A stretch of 64,000 bases of DNA, from assembly GCA_002633005.1 (NCBI GenBank), contig NMRA01000134.1, positions 62,001 to 126,000 on the forward strand, read 5' to 3'. Under the pieces are notes generated by a model, which saw nothing but the letters and a program-made list of their open reading frames with translations, made no database searches and was not told the origin of the DNA. A program made the translations under genes and the position numbers. The stretch is from Phoronis australis (lineage: Eukaryota > Animalia > Phoronida). Positions 44,058 through 56,673 of this stretch are shown here, one piece after another (within the stretch, counting starts at the first letter, position 1; each line of letters starts with the position of its first letter).

Positions 44058-44982
44058 TAGATGTCACTAGAAACAGTCTTGTTAGTGCTGATGGCTTTTG
44101 TGTTCCTTTGTACTAGCAATCATTGGTGTTGTTATTTCAAAAATGGCAATAGTAATCATTAAGTGGCTAACTAAATAGAAAAAACTTGCATTCAAGTGCA
44201 TATTTGTGAACAGTTGAAATTTTCCGTGAAAGCTTTGATATCCTAAATCAAAAGGTTTGCCCTTAGTTACAGAAATTTTACCATAGTTGCCCCCAAGTGC
44301 TACGTGCAATCCATGACAAGAAGAAAATGCGTGTGTAAAATTAGAGAACGATCTCAAGGTGGCAGTGAATTATTTAAGCAAATACAAATATTTTAGAAGC
44401 AATACACAGAATGGAGAGTCCCATTTTAGGTGCACTTCTTGCACAGTCTACTTTGTGTAGTGTTTTAAACAAGTTTCGTTCACTAGGTAACAACACCTAG
44501 ACTTTGTGCAATGTCAAGACGCGAGCTGTAGAAGCCATCTCCTCTTTTCTATCACCATACGAGATTCTCTTACAAACACAGATCATATAGTTGACATCTC
44601 TTTGTGTAAGAGGTGTCTTTTAAACATGAGATTGTTTATTTCCTCTTTGAGCAGGATTACTGTGTTTCCACAAGTTATTGTATGTTTGGTGCCAAACTAT
44701 TATTATACATTTTGTCTTGAAATTATGTACTCATTACATGCTGAATCAGAAATACTGGAGTCTTGCGTAAAGGCTGTATTACCAGTGATAGTATTCTTCA
44801 CAGACTAAGGAGATTTTTGGAGCATGTCAATTGAAGTTCTGTGTTAAAGAACCTGTGGTTCAACTGCCTGTGTTAGATGTTCAAATGGTGAATTAATGTG
44901 GTCTATTTTGACATGTAAAATAGTATTTATTATTAGTTGAACTTAGTTCTAGCACCCGTAAAGGTGTGTATTATTAGAGGGC

Positions 44983-45082
44983 AACAGTCGGATATAACAT
45001 GGCCACATTTTGAGAACCATGTTTCATGCCCCTTATTTAGTGGAGAAACGTGGTTCCCAAAATGCAGTTATATCCGACTATT
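44983..45082. mobile_element. ~100-bp palindromic MITE-like element in the putative ABTB2-like 3' UTR
   Basis: AGTCGGATATAAC / GTTATATCCGACT outer arms and CATTTTGAGAACCATGTTTC / GAAACGTGGTTCCCAAAATG inner arms. Confidence 0.7.
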
Positions 45083-45213
45083 AAGAGTTAGTGCATACAG
45101 ATAGTTACAGATATGAGAATGTACATCTATAGATATAAGGATGTAGATTAAGAATTTATCAGAAGTACTTTTGTATCAGTATTTATTGTTTTATATGATA
45201 AAGCATATTTTGC

Positions 45214-45223
45214 ATTAAATAAA
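45214..45223 (+). promoter_or_regulatory. Candidate polyadenylation signal of the ABTB2-like gene
   Basis: Overlapping ATTAAA/AATAAA after an AT-rich putative 3' UTR, followed about 20 nt later by a GT-rich tract (ggtgttgtctc). Confidence 0.5.
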
Positions 45224-47484
45224 AACATGAAATTTACATGGTGTTGTCTCTGAAGGACATTACAGTGTTTTCCCGTTGATCCCAACTTGTTCAATTATGT
45301 AGCCCAACAACAAGTTGGGAAGATGACCCCTGTAGCCAATATCTTACAAGACTGATTAACTCCATTCTGGCATTTGTGGTGGAAGGGCCAGCTCTCTTTA
45401 GTTCGATAATTGCTCTAATCTCAAATAAGATCATATCTAGCCTGACTGGGCTGTGCTGTTAAAAATAAAAGTTAAGTTATAACATATTTGAACATAAACC
45501 GATAGCATTTCTGAATTCCTCGTCAAATGCTCATCATGTTTAGTTTCTGAATTGCCAAATAGCCCAACTACAACCGAAATTGTGACAACCTATTCTTTCC
45601 GAACGTGTGCCAATTCGCTCTGGGTTTGACTGTGTTCACACGTGGTCTGTAATAAGCCTGGTAGATAATTGGCCTGCCTGCTGTCATACCACAGAAAGGA
45701 CTGTGCTTGGCAGTTAACGAAGGAGCTAGATGTTATCACACGCTCACAACCTTCTACATCTGGTAAAGTCACTGAACAGGAGAACACCGTAATGATCTGA
45801 AGTTATCTTGAATACATAAACCAGACAAGACAACGACCAAGACCTTGAGACTTGACAATCAAGTATACATTGTACCCACTCCACACAACTTCGCATTCAT
45901 TTAATATCTTGCAGTTTAGACAAAGGAGACTTTACAAATCCATCTAATTTTGAAAACAAAATAACAGCTTGTTACATGATTAATACTGCTCAACAGCTGA
46001 CGATTGATTCTCTAGGAATAAACTTTGGCATGTCTTCAAAGTACTAACTCGGTGTTTATGTAGTAAAGCAACAATTTTTATTGGACGTTTCTGACCAGGG
46101 CCTTATTTTTAAGACTCTTGATCCCAGTTCAAATCTGTAAGTTCAGTTGATACATGACATATAGTTGGTCAATAACTTGATGAATGGCTCAACTTGATTC
46201 ACTTAACAACAAACGCTGGGCTCATTGGCAAAAAATTTTTAATGAATCCCCTTACAAATGTCTTCGCTGGTTGACCCAGCAGAGTGAACAATTCTCACTG
46301 AACAAAAATTCAAACTGTGTGAATTCCTTGTGTTTTTGTATCCTAATTTCCTTTCTGTTAATTCTCTACAACATGCTACAAATAATTGAAGTAAAATCCA
46401 CCAATTTCAGACAAAAATAATAGCCAAAAAGTGTCTATTTTTCGAAGGCTTGTTGTGAAGGTACACAATTGTTCAAAATATTGTCTGTGGTGCAGATATT
46501 GAACATGAAAACAGTGTTAGTTTGGTTGTACACCTGTTTTTGGCAAAAAATTGTCCGCCACATTTAATTGTGTCCCAATTTGGTGAGAGTTTACTTAGCA
46601 CTAAGCACTATTCCAATCATTTGTCTTCAACTTCGGCTTTTCAAACATGGCTTCAAGCCTATCTTGAACACTTGTAAATTTGGTTCCTACCATATGTTAA
46701 GAGCATCGCTCTGAGCCCACTAGTTCCATAAATTGCCAAATGCAATGAACTGTTAAGTGTATTGGTTTGCTTTTGTCCATGTCACCACAAGAATCACCTT
46801 TTAATTCAAACAGCTGCGAATAACACCCGCACACAATAGTCAGACCCCCATTTAATACAACTGTTATTGGCCTTTTTTGTTTGTGCTGGGATCTCGCAAT
46901 GACACAGCATGGCACGAAAAGTCAACTTCATCTATTACTCGAAGGGTCAACATTTAGTGAGTGGATAAACTCGCGTTTTCTTCTTTTGCTAAGGCTTTGC
47001 TAGGACTATCTGGTTAGCACAATACATCTACAATAACACAATTCTGTTGAAGTTAGGCTTTAAAATTTCCAAACATGGTACAAAACATGGCAAACATGGT
47101 GCAGAGTCATGTTTGAATACGTGTAGAAAGAACACTGATGAATCGAGTCCATCAAGTATGTAATGTGCACCTGTGATGATACCAGTTGTACAGCATGTAT
47201 TCAAATAGTAATCCAGCACAAATGTCATCAATTGTTTTAAAATGCATTGCTTGGCAGCTGGTCTGACTCCTAACCTGCTGACCTTCCCTATTATACTTGG
47301 TGAGGACTGATCTGTTGGTTTCCAACAGCATTCCACTATTTAAATGCACGATTCGTCTCCAAACTCTCCATGTAGGCTTGTGTATTCTTTCAAAGGCACT
47401 TCATTGCACAGCTGCTCAAATCCAGTTCAGGCCAACCAACAGCATTTTGTGAGCCATTCACCAGTGTAACAGTAAAAACATATC

Positions 47485-47568
47485 TCAGCTCTCTTCCATC
47501 AACCTGTTTAACATGTCCATGTTGTGCTTGTTATTCTCAATAAAGCCAGCCTCGCCAAGTGGTGATAG
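47485..47568 (-). CDS. IMMP1L: IMMP1L last coding exon
   Basis: ttctccattacag acceptor, phase 0; encodes [27 protein letters not shown], which aligns to the family IWPLxxFGFL tail. Confidence 0.75.
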   Translation of the reverse strand, partial: LSPLGEAGFIENNKHNMDMLNRLMEES

Positions 47569-50500
47569 CTGTAATGGAGAAATCACAAACAACTTCTGAG
47601 AGGATCACCTTGGGCCATACACATCATCGAGACACATAAATATGCCCTCAGTTACTCTCGGAAGGAACATATCTGTCAATTTTTGCAATGATCCTTCAAG
47701 TAGTTTGACAAATAGAGAGGCGAACTTCAAAAAACAGATTTAAAAATAATAAACATGGCCACTAGGTGGTGCAAAATATGTCAAACTGTAGGAAAATACG
47801 AAAGCCGTTGTCAATTAAAATCCATCATGGAACATTGAAGATGCAGAGATAAACGTAAAAAATACATTGCCAATAGGGGGCACAGTAGCAGCCCAATCAC
47901 TCCAAAACTTGTTGTTTTCGGTGGTCAGCTTCAAATCTCATTAAGATCCTGCAAGGGGTTTAGGACATACAGCAGTGTACGTCGGACGAACAGACATCCA
48001 GACAGAGGTGACGGCAATAAGTGGAAGCATAAAAATGTTAAAACAAAAATACGTAATTTCTGTAGTTACAACTTTTCTTTACATAATGTAAGGCTGAGCC
48101 TGTCAGAACTATATTAGTGTGGTTACCACATGACCAGAGTGGCCATTACAGTTAGCTGTGTACACTAGTTCTGTGTGATTACATACAGTTTCGTAACAGA
48201 ACAATTAAACGTGACAGAAATTACAAATTTCACATACATATTTGAAAGTCCTTGTCCACACTGTGGAGGGTTTATCAAATAAAATCCTGGAATCATGCCA
48301 GTAGTTCAAAATGTCCTGATTACTTGTTTACTTATGTAAACATTACCAATCTCCCAAAAGTCTAACTCATTGCACTGGTTTACAAACTCAATGCAAAAAA
48401 GCCAAACTCAGGACCAAATTCAAACTCTTTAATGCAATTAGTCAACACAAGTTGTGGGGGACACTCACATAACTAAAAATCGGATTTGCACTTTAACTAC
48501 TGAACACAAGAGGCACATATGTTGAAATTTTCATTTTGCACGTTAACCAAGAAAGACCAAAAACACATTGGAAGTCAGATCCCTCTGAACAACGTGGTCA
48601 CTCGTAATCATCTCTGTACAAATACACCTCCCAAATTTAGCAAAAATCCTGCAGCAGTTTTAGATGTCCAACCACAGATGCAAAGAAAACAAAACTGTCA
48701 TTAGGAGGTGCCACAGAAGTTGGCGCTGTCCTGAAATCGTCGTCAGTCATCTTCTTTCTAATAGGAACATATGCCAATTTTCACAATCATCCTAAAAATG
48801 GTTTGGCCAACAGAGAGGAGGATGTCAAAAACACTAAAATGAAAAACAACCACTACGTGGCATGCACCATGTCAAACTCATCTCAGAATGGAAAGATGTC
48901 ATCCCCTCTTTAATAGAAACTTATTTGCCAAATTTCATAAAAATCCATCAAAGAATTCCAAAGATAGAGGAAAACCAAAAAAATTACCAGTAGGTGGTAC
49001 AGCAGTAGTTGGGACTCCTCAGAAAGTCGTAATCACCTGTTGTCACCTTCATATAAAAACACTTGCCAAATTTGACAAAGATCCTGCTGAGGTTTTAAGA
49101 GACACAGCCATCGATACAAAGAGCCAACCGAAAATCATCTCCAGATGTCCTCTTCCCAGTAGGAACACATATATAAATTTTCAGAATCATCTGGATGGCA
49201 AAAATCAAGACTTGAAAACAGTAAAAATGGCCACTAGGTTGAGCAAAATATGTCAAATCCATTTGAAAACGTAAAGGTGGCATCATCTTCCTAATAGACA
49301 CCTATTTGCCAAATTTCATCAAAATCTGTTGAGGAACACAAAGGCAAATGTAAACGACTGAAATTGTCACTAGGGGGACACACCTTTATCCGTATCCATC
49401 CGGAAATTTATTCATGCCCTCCTCCCTGAAAGGAACATATATTTGCAAAATTTCATGAACATACATCAAGGGGTTTTGGCGATACAGCAGCGGAAGCCAG
49501 ACGGATGGACGGACGAACAGCGATGACTGCATGTAAATATGAGGTCCACAACAAAGTAAACTAGGGAATAGATTAATAAACACATTTGAATTTGTTGGTG
49601 AACTTTCTAAGACACTAATTTACCTGGATAATGACAAAAGGACAGAGAGGGAAAGATTGCTTACCTTAAATATGACTTTACTCCTAACCAACCCGTACGG
49701 GACTGGGCCATACGACCTGGAGTCAGTAGAATTATAGGTGTTATCCCCCTCTAGCCAGACATGGCCTCTGGGGATCTACAAATAAATTTATGTATTGTTA
49801 TGAACAGTAGCTCTTTCCGTCCTCTGCCTGTAACAGGTGACACCTACCATTGTCAAAAAGCTGTGTACAAAAACAGGGCTCAACATAAGTGAGTAAACAC
49901 TCTAACATACGAGTTAGTATGGTACTGAGCAGATGTTTGGCATTTTTTTTGGTCGCTCCTTCTTTATGAGCCCAAATCCAGAAATACGAGTGCAAAATAT
50001 GATGTCACTCATAATTTTCAAGCGTACATTTTCGTGTATGTCAAGCAACACCTGGTAGTCCATTTATTGCTACTTATATATACAATCATGTAGGAGGACC
50101 CACTCCTACAAACTCACAATTCTCATTTTGTGGCAAAAGTAGTAACAGAAAATAAATAGCGAGTGCTTAAAAATAAATGCAGGCGGTCTGGTACACGTTA
50201 TAACAGACATGCGCATGGCGCTCAGGTGGGCCCACTTATCACATGGAACCATTTCTTCAGCTTTAATAATACAAAGTTAAAACCTAGTTGAGGAGCTAGA
50301 GATCTGAGTGAAGGACATGGATACTTATCCCACAAGGCCAAACTGCATCCTCTAGCACATGTTGGCTATAATCTACCGTACATACTGTTTACAATACACA
50401 CAGGACATCTCCAAAGGTTTCATTTTAACTCAAGACATGATTTATGACAACAAAACACACCAGTATGCTGGACAATAAAGAGCCAATCACACAAGCATTA

Positions 50501-53500
50501 GAGCCAAAATGCACAGACAAAAAGGTCAGAGTTGTAACTTAGATGATGTACTATGCTGTTCAAAGAGAGGCAGAGTGTAGCGGGTATGGGCTCTACTGTC
50601 AATACATTTTATATCAGAAACTGATTTCTATGGTGATGGATGAATTATCACTTTTTAAAGAAAACATTTAAAACATGTTTTACGCTATTGAGTAAAATGC
50701 TTTTCCATCTCCGTTTTAGGCAGAACAGAAAATGTGCATAAGACAGACACACAACTGTACTTTGTGTATTTTTTACGTCTGAAGAGGTGCGCTAATAAAT
50801 GGTTAGAACAGCGAGCATCAGGAGCATATATTGATAACAAGTAAAATATTACTTGAATATCTTACCAATCAGTAGCGGGAAATGCTTGTTACACTGATTG
50901 GTGGCAGTTGATAGAGCCTTCATTTTGTGCTATGTATGCATCTTTTACAAAAAAAAACAAAAAAATAAAACGTCACTCGTCTGCCCTTTTGTGCCCTAAA
51001 TTGGTGAAATTTGACCATGGCACAATGAAAGTGTCGTTAACTTTGTACATTGAGAGCCTAGAAGTTAACATAATAAGAAACCTTGCAACATACGGCAAAT
51101 CATGCAAATGTCCCCAATAATTTGTACAATTTTTAAATTGGATTCAGTTATTAGAACAAAAAAGAAAATACTAACAAACGTATACGTCTTGTAGAGTGCA
51201 GTGGGATCGTCGCATATTCTGTCCCCTTCCACACCCAAAACTCTTTTGCAGATAAAGAAGCGGGGGTTGGACGGGGACTTGGCTATCACAATGTCGCCTC
51301 TAGAAAGGAACAGTGAACAGGTGAAAGCAAACAAAACAGATAGACAAACAAACAAGCACATACTTTCAAATCAACTCTCGATTTTCTGGTTTCCAAATTA
51401 AAAATTAGATCTATGAATTTACATGGTTCAAGTTTTTTTGTGATATCTATTTTGACAATGCTTCAACCAATTATAAACTGACTTTCTGTCAAAAATGTTT
51501 ACGCTGACCACTTGCTGTTATAGCAGGCAAAAACCCACTTACAGTAAAATCTCACCAATTTCAGAAAAAAATTATTGCCGAAATTGCCTTTTTCATTTTC
51601 GATCAACGTACATTTCGAATTGCCGAGTTCCTTCCATTTTTTCGGCAGATTTTTTAAATACTTCACCCAGGCTGTTCATGTGGCGGATTACATCCTATAT
51701 GAAAAAGAGGCAGTTGACAATAGAAATAGTTGAGTCATTCACAAATTACGTCACTGAACTGACAAGAACTTAAGCAGAACGATTGTGTTAATACTAACTT
51801 TTGTATTCTGTTACTAAACACACTAATATGATCAGTAAGAAGTATATCCCTGGACTTGATGGTTGGCTCCATGGAAGGTCCTGAACACTGCAAAGAAAAA
51901 AATTCAATAAACCCTGTGTTGCACATATTTACCACTTGGAGGCGTTAGTGTGATAGCAGTAATCATGGACAAAATGTCTACACTAAAAATCTAACAGAAC
52001 AGACATAAATGAAAACCTATTGTTATAATGTAAACAAAATACTGAATTAAAGAATGTTGTACATTGTGACTAAATTTCAAACATAAAAAGCAAGTTCATT
52101 GCAAAATCAGTCACCTGAGCTGAGTATCCAATCTCTGTGCCCCAAAATTCAACTTAAAAACTGCATGGCACCATGATGGCATGTTTAGAGTAAACTCTAG
52201 CAATGCGACATGATTGGTTAAGCTTTGAGTCTGAGCTTTAGTAGAGTCTTTATTTCAGAAAATAGAAGATGCTCTGCACTTACCAAAAAGCAACAGATCA
52301 ATTGTAACATAGGGTGGCCACAGGGTTCTTGTTACAGCATTGTATATAGTATAGATACAAAAGATGATCATTATTTTTAAACATTCCTCAAGATGATGGA
52401 AAGCAAGTTTTTCAAAAATTGTCTGAGGAGTCCTCTAATGAAGCGATATCTGCAGAATTATTTCACAGTCATCAAGCAAGTGAATGTCTAACGATTGTAA
52501 CTGTCACTACAAGTTGTAACACTAATCGTATCTGCTTGATATGAATTAATAATAGTCTTGACATCACTCTGATCATTTACAGCATCATTTATAGAAAACC
52601 TTTTTTGATCGTTTAGTGATGAGAAATCATATAAATCATTAGAATTGTTCTAAAACCCCTCAACCCCCACACCACACGACCCACAATCCCTCGACCAACA
52701 ACCCCAAAACCTACGACTCACAACCCCCTCGATCCATGACCTGTGGCAATAGATAAAATAATAATAAATTTACTGTTTCTGCACCCATTTCATCCGTGTT
52801 CTGCAGCGCTTCGTCATTTTTGAAAACTAATGCCAAGGTCATTGCCTGGTTCCCGACTCTACTCAATTGCTGTGAATTGTGGGATTACCAGGCAGTACTG
52901 AATATCAGGTCACTAAGCGAATGCGAGGAAGAAAGGGGATAAAATGATTATGTTTCACAATGGAAAAAGTCACCAAATTTAAATTCTTGTTTTTCCCCCT
53001 CCTTTCACAAACATTGACACTACCCATGTAACCTAAGTATTGCCTATTCATTTTGACTACCGATTTTTGCATAGCGATGAAGTTTTCCCGTTAGGATTAA
53101 GTGTGTGGCGATCAATTTGGGCAAAGATTACGAGGGACGGGGCCAAAAAGGAGCGTGGTGGGCCACCCAGATTTTTACGCGCAGAGGAAACACTGCATGT
53201 CAAAAGCGTATGGTTAGGATCAACTAAAATTCCGTGTCTGTATCTACAACAGAAACACCAGTAATGTTCATAAATATCATGTGGTAGGCGTTAAGGCAGA
53301 AAGACCAGGATGACAAAAATATAATCACCACTAGGGGCACAGAGATTTCTCTAAACAGTGACAAGTGCTATCCAATTTCTAGTACAAACATGCCAAGTTC
53401 AAAACTACTTCTTCAATGCAAAAAATTGCCACAAGGGGCCCTCTTGGAAAGCAGTGCTATCACTGAAGAGGCCATCCTCATTTTAAATATCACAGTAAAT

Positions 53501-54459
53501 AAATAAATAAATAAAGTATTCACTTGATCCGTCCAAAATTAAGTAAGTGCCGTTCAATACTTGATATGGGCAGACATGCAAAATGTAATGAAGCTCCATC
53601 ACAGGACTCAGTAGATACTGAAGCAGACGCAAAGAAAACTACTATTGCCACAAGGGGATGCCACAGTGGTCAAAGCCATTTAAAATCAATGTCATTTCTG
53701 GTCTCCTTAATACGAACACTTATGCCAAAAAATTTGAAGATCCACCAAGGAACTTGATAGATACTGAAGGAGGCGCAAAACAAAATAAAACTGCCACAAC
53801 CAGCACTAGGGTAGACATAGACTGTCTAAAATTCAACAGCAGCCATGTTCTTCTCAATAGGACCCCATCACACTTAAAGTTCATAAACATTTCATTAAAT
53901 AACTTGGTATATATTAAAGCAGAAGCAAAGAAATCTAAAATTGGCACAAGGGTTTCAAAGTAGTCAAATATGTCAAAAAATCGACATCAACCATGTTCCC
54001 AACACTAGAAACACATGCCACTCTTCATGATGAGATTGTTGAAGTGGTTTGCTAGAAAAAGGGGACGCCACAGGCAACTGGGAGGCACAGAATAAGTCAA
54101 ACCCTCCTGCTCCTGAAGCAAGGCCTGTGCTATCATATCCAATTCCATGATAAAAACCGACATAAAACCTAAATTGTCACTTGGGGCAGACATAACATAA
54201 AATTTGACATTGTCGATTTTGGTGGGGGAGATGAGGCAAACATCTAGTAGTGAGTTGACAACATACACAGATACAAATGTAGGCAATTAAAGCACTTATT
54301 TTAATAAAATGTAAGAATTATTAAATACGTAGTAATTGATTAACTAAGCAAACCTACCAGAACAAAATCACCAACATACTCTAATGTGCAGTGTGCCATG
54401 CAGCCATACTGGACTAGATACCCAAGGGTACCGAGCACTTTGAACATCAGCTTTTTCAT
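47485..54459 (-). CDS. IMMP1L: Mitochondrial inner membrane protease subunit 1 (peptidase S26), complete spliced CDS, 5 exons, 169 aa
   Basis: Exons of 102+89+124+111+84 nt join in frame: [43 protein letters not shown] (catalytic Ser)[12 protein letters not shown]..ICKRV (catalytic Lys)[39 protein letters not shown]. The QYGCxAHC and GPSMEPT motifs point to subunit 1 rather than IMMP2L. Confidence 0.95.
48440..49560. mobile_element. Degenerate satellite-bearing interspersed repeat (Helentron/HINE- or DINE-like); related copies at ~47640-48030 and ~53300-54290
   Basis: Recurring CCACTAGGKGG and AGGAACA..TTGCCAAATTTCAT modules followed by an (RGAC)n-like microsatellite (acggatggacggacgaac at ~49500). 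The family assignment is an inference. Confidence 0.5.
49665..49775 (-). CDS. IMMP1L: IMMP1L coding exon 4
   Basis: tttgtag acceptor, AAG|gtaagc donor; encodes [37 protein letters not shown]. Confidence 0.95.
50165..50315 (-). mobile_element. Second, 5'-degenerate copy of the SINE at 25544
   Basis: Reverse complement TCTAGCTCCTCAACTAGGTTTTAAC...TGGGCCCAC...AACGTGTACCAGACCGCCTGCA aligns with 25635-25765. Confidence 0.75.
51176..51299 (-). CDS. IMMP1L: IMMP1L coding exon 3
   Basis: cctttctag acceptor, TTT|gttagt donor; encodes [28 protein letters not shown]. Confidence 0.94.
51799..51887 (-). CDS. IMMP1L: IMMP1L coding exon 2
   Basis: ttcttgcag acceptor, AA|gttagt donor; encodes [29 protein letters not shown]. 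Confidence 0.94.
53300..54290. repeat. Degenerate interspersed repeat array of the same family as 48440-49560
   Basis: Recurring GCCACAAGGGG/CCACTAGGGG, ACATGCCAA and GATACTGAAG modules. Confidence 0.5.
54358..54459 (-). CDS. IMMP1L: IMMP1L first coding exon
   Basis: accATG start inside an exon whose acceptor is ccttttcag (exon starts at 54484); CTG|gtaggt donor. Confidence 0.93.
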
Positions 54460-55226
54460 GGTATTAGTACAGCATTTGACATTCCTGAAAAGGAGATGAT
54501 GTAGACAGAGTTAATAATTCTATGCAGTGTTATTTGGCCTCTATCATGAAGTTCTCTTTCAGTTGGACTTGTAGATCCACAATGTTTAAAGTAATATCAG
54601 CAAGAGAAATGCTAACTGGGTCTCAGATCTAACCACCGAAGCAGAAATGAATTACCAATACCGTGTTAATGCATGATTGATACCTCTGCAGTAAAAGCAT
54701 TATACGAGTACCGTAATATACCACTGCATCTTGTATGGGGTGTTATACCACGTGGGCAATCTTTGCCTAGACAGTGTGAACCATACCCACAGGATTTCTC
54801 ACCCTTGTCAATTAGCAGACATTGTAACAGTTTTTAACTTCAGGGCTTAGAATGACCAATGACAAAAAAGATGAAAATTTTCCAGTTGACGTATCATTCC
54901 ATAAATAAGCTTGTGTGATGGAACTAATATGTGTTGTAAAATTTCACTGAAATAAACGTTTTTTGCATGAACAAAGAAGAAATAATTATAAAAATGGGAC
55001 AAAACAAGGAAACTGGAAGTCAAATAAGAGGAAATCGAAACAAAAAAGAGGAAATCCTCTGAAAAGAGGAAAATTCCAAGCCCTGAAACTTGCTACAAGG
55101 TATTATCTTATTTCAAGATATTACAGTACAAAGTCACCAATTCGGACACAATATGACAGACTCGTAAAATTTATTTTCTCATTCTTTCATAAATTATAAT
55201 TAGTACAAGAATGTTGCTTTGCCATA

Positions 55227-55465
55227 CATGCGCGCACCCATGGGGGCTCAAATGAGCCCCCTTATTTGGCGAAGTGGGCAAAAAGGTCCGCCTCTGAGAA
55301 ACAAAAAGTCCGAGAAAAAGAGACAAAAGTCCACTAAACAAGCACAAACGTGCAATTCATAGTGGTGCCCCCGTTTTTTTTAAGTAAATCCGCATTTTTG
55401 TTACCAAAAGGCCCACAACGTCAGGAAACTGAGCCCCCCCATATTGAAGGCAAGGTGCGCGCATG
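55227..55465. mobile_element. MITE with 12-bp TIR and 5-bp TSD
   Basis: CATGCGCGCACC / GGTGCGCGCATG; CCATA directly repeated at 55222-55226 and 55466-55470; subterminal GGGGGCTC/GAGCCCCC. Confidence 0.85.
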
Positions 55466-56353
55466 CCATATCCAGGTTCCCTATCATAACTACATAAAAA
55501 ATTGTGAGCATTCATAGCACTGTTGAAAACTGTTGAAAAATGATAACGGCAATTTCGGTAATTATTTTTGTCCAACACTGGCAAGTTTTTACAACATACA
55601 AGTGAAGTCATAACTGACATCTTAACAAGTCGAACCTGGGTTTTGCATTCTTTGATTTATACAAGGCTCAATGAGAAAAAGGGAGTTACACTGAGCACTA
55701 GTCGAATATAGCAGCCCGGCAATGGAGCTGCAAGGTTATCAAAATCAGGAACTGAGATTTTCTGGTTTACGGCGCGCATAACTGTCGAATGAAGGCCTCT
55801 CTAAATTGCTTGCTGATAGCTAAGCAATTGCCAACTGGCCAATTGGTTTGGATGCTGTACTCGCATGCCAGGTTCTATACCTACCAGTCGTAAACAGGTG
55901 AAATTTTTTACAATAGTGACTGCACGAAAAATGTGAGATTCACCAGTCAGCGATGCATAAGACACAAAAAGTGGATGGAAACCAGCCCTTCCACTCCCCC
56001 AAAAAGAAAAGCGGACTAACCGAGCAAGGCGCAAGTGTTCTCTTGAGGTTGAAATCCAGAACGCAACATTTCAACACCTAGAAAGGTCCTCATTTAAAAA
56101 CTCTCACAACTACACCAGCACCGTAGGGTTTGATTACGGACAGTACCACCATCTCAGCTGGCCCAATTATAGGGCCAGTTGAGACAGTGATATTGTCTAG
56201 TTTGGTTATTGTGGTGAAGTATTGAAGTGTCATTTTGCTACAGACGACCGTCTTTAGCTGACCCTAGCAGAGATCAAGAAGCTTTTCTGCGAATTTATGC
56301 GTCACACTGATGAAAACATCTAAGTCACATTGTTGCAAGTACATTTTGCACAA

Positions 56354-56673
56354 AGAGGGTCACCTTAGGGGGCCGTCAATGTCTTTAATTCTTTCCAACT
56401 CGAAAACTACTCCCGTAATCTAACTTTTTCTTCAAGCAGTCCTTCGTTCAGTTGCTCAGATTGTCAACTGGCCACTTTTAACGCTGCATATGGTCCTGGT
56501 GAGTGTGGTAAATATAGAAGCGAGCGCATTGTAAAAATGGCCAGTTGCCGATTTGGGCAACTGAGCGGAGTTGAATGAAGGAAGGACTGCTCAAAGAAAA
56601 AGTTTGTTTACAGGAGTATTCGTTGGAGTTGGAAGGAATGAAAGACATGGATGACCTCCTCAGGCAGCCCTCT
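56354..56673. mobile_element. Fold-back (palindromic) MITE
   Basis: About 135-150 bp imperfect inverted arms (AGAGGG..TTCCAACTC..GCAGTCCTTC..CAACTGGCCA versus TGGCCAGTTG..GAAGGACTGC..GAGTTGGAA..CCCTCT) around a short spacer. Confidence 0.75.

Noticed and set aside
47028-47349. ORFs of 102 and 65 aa downstream of IMMP1L on the - strand
   Set aside because: They lie in the probable 3' UTR and have no recognisable homology.
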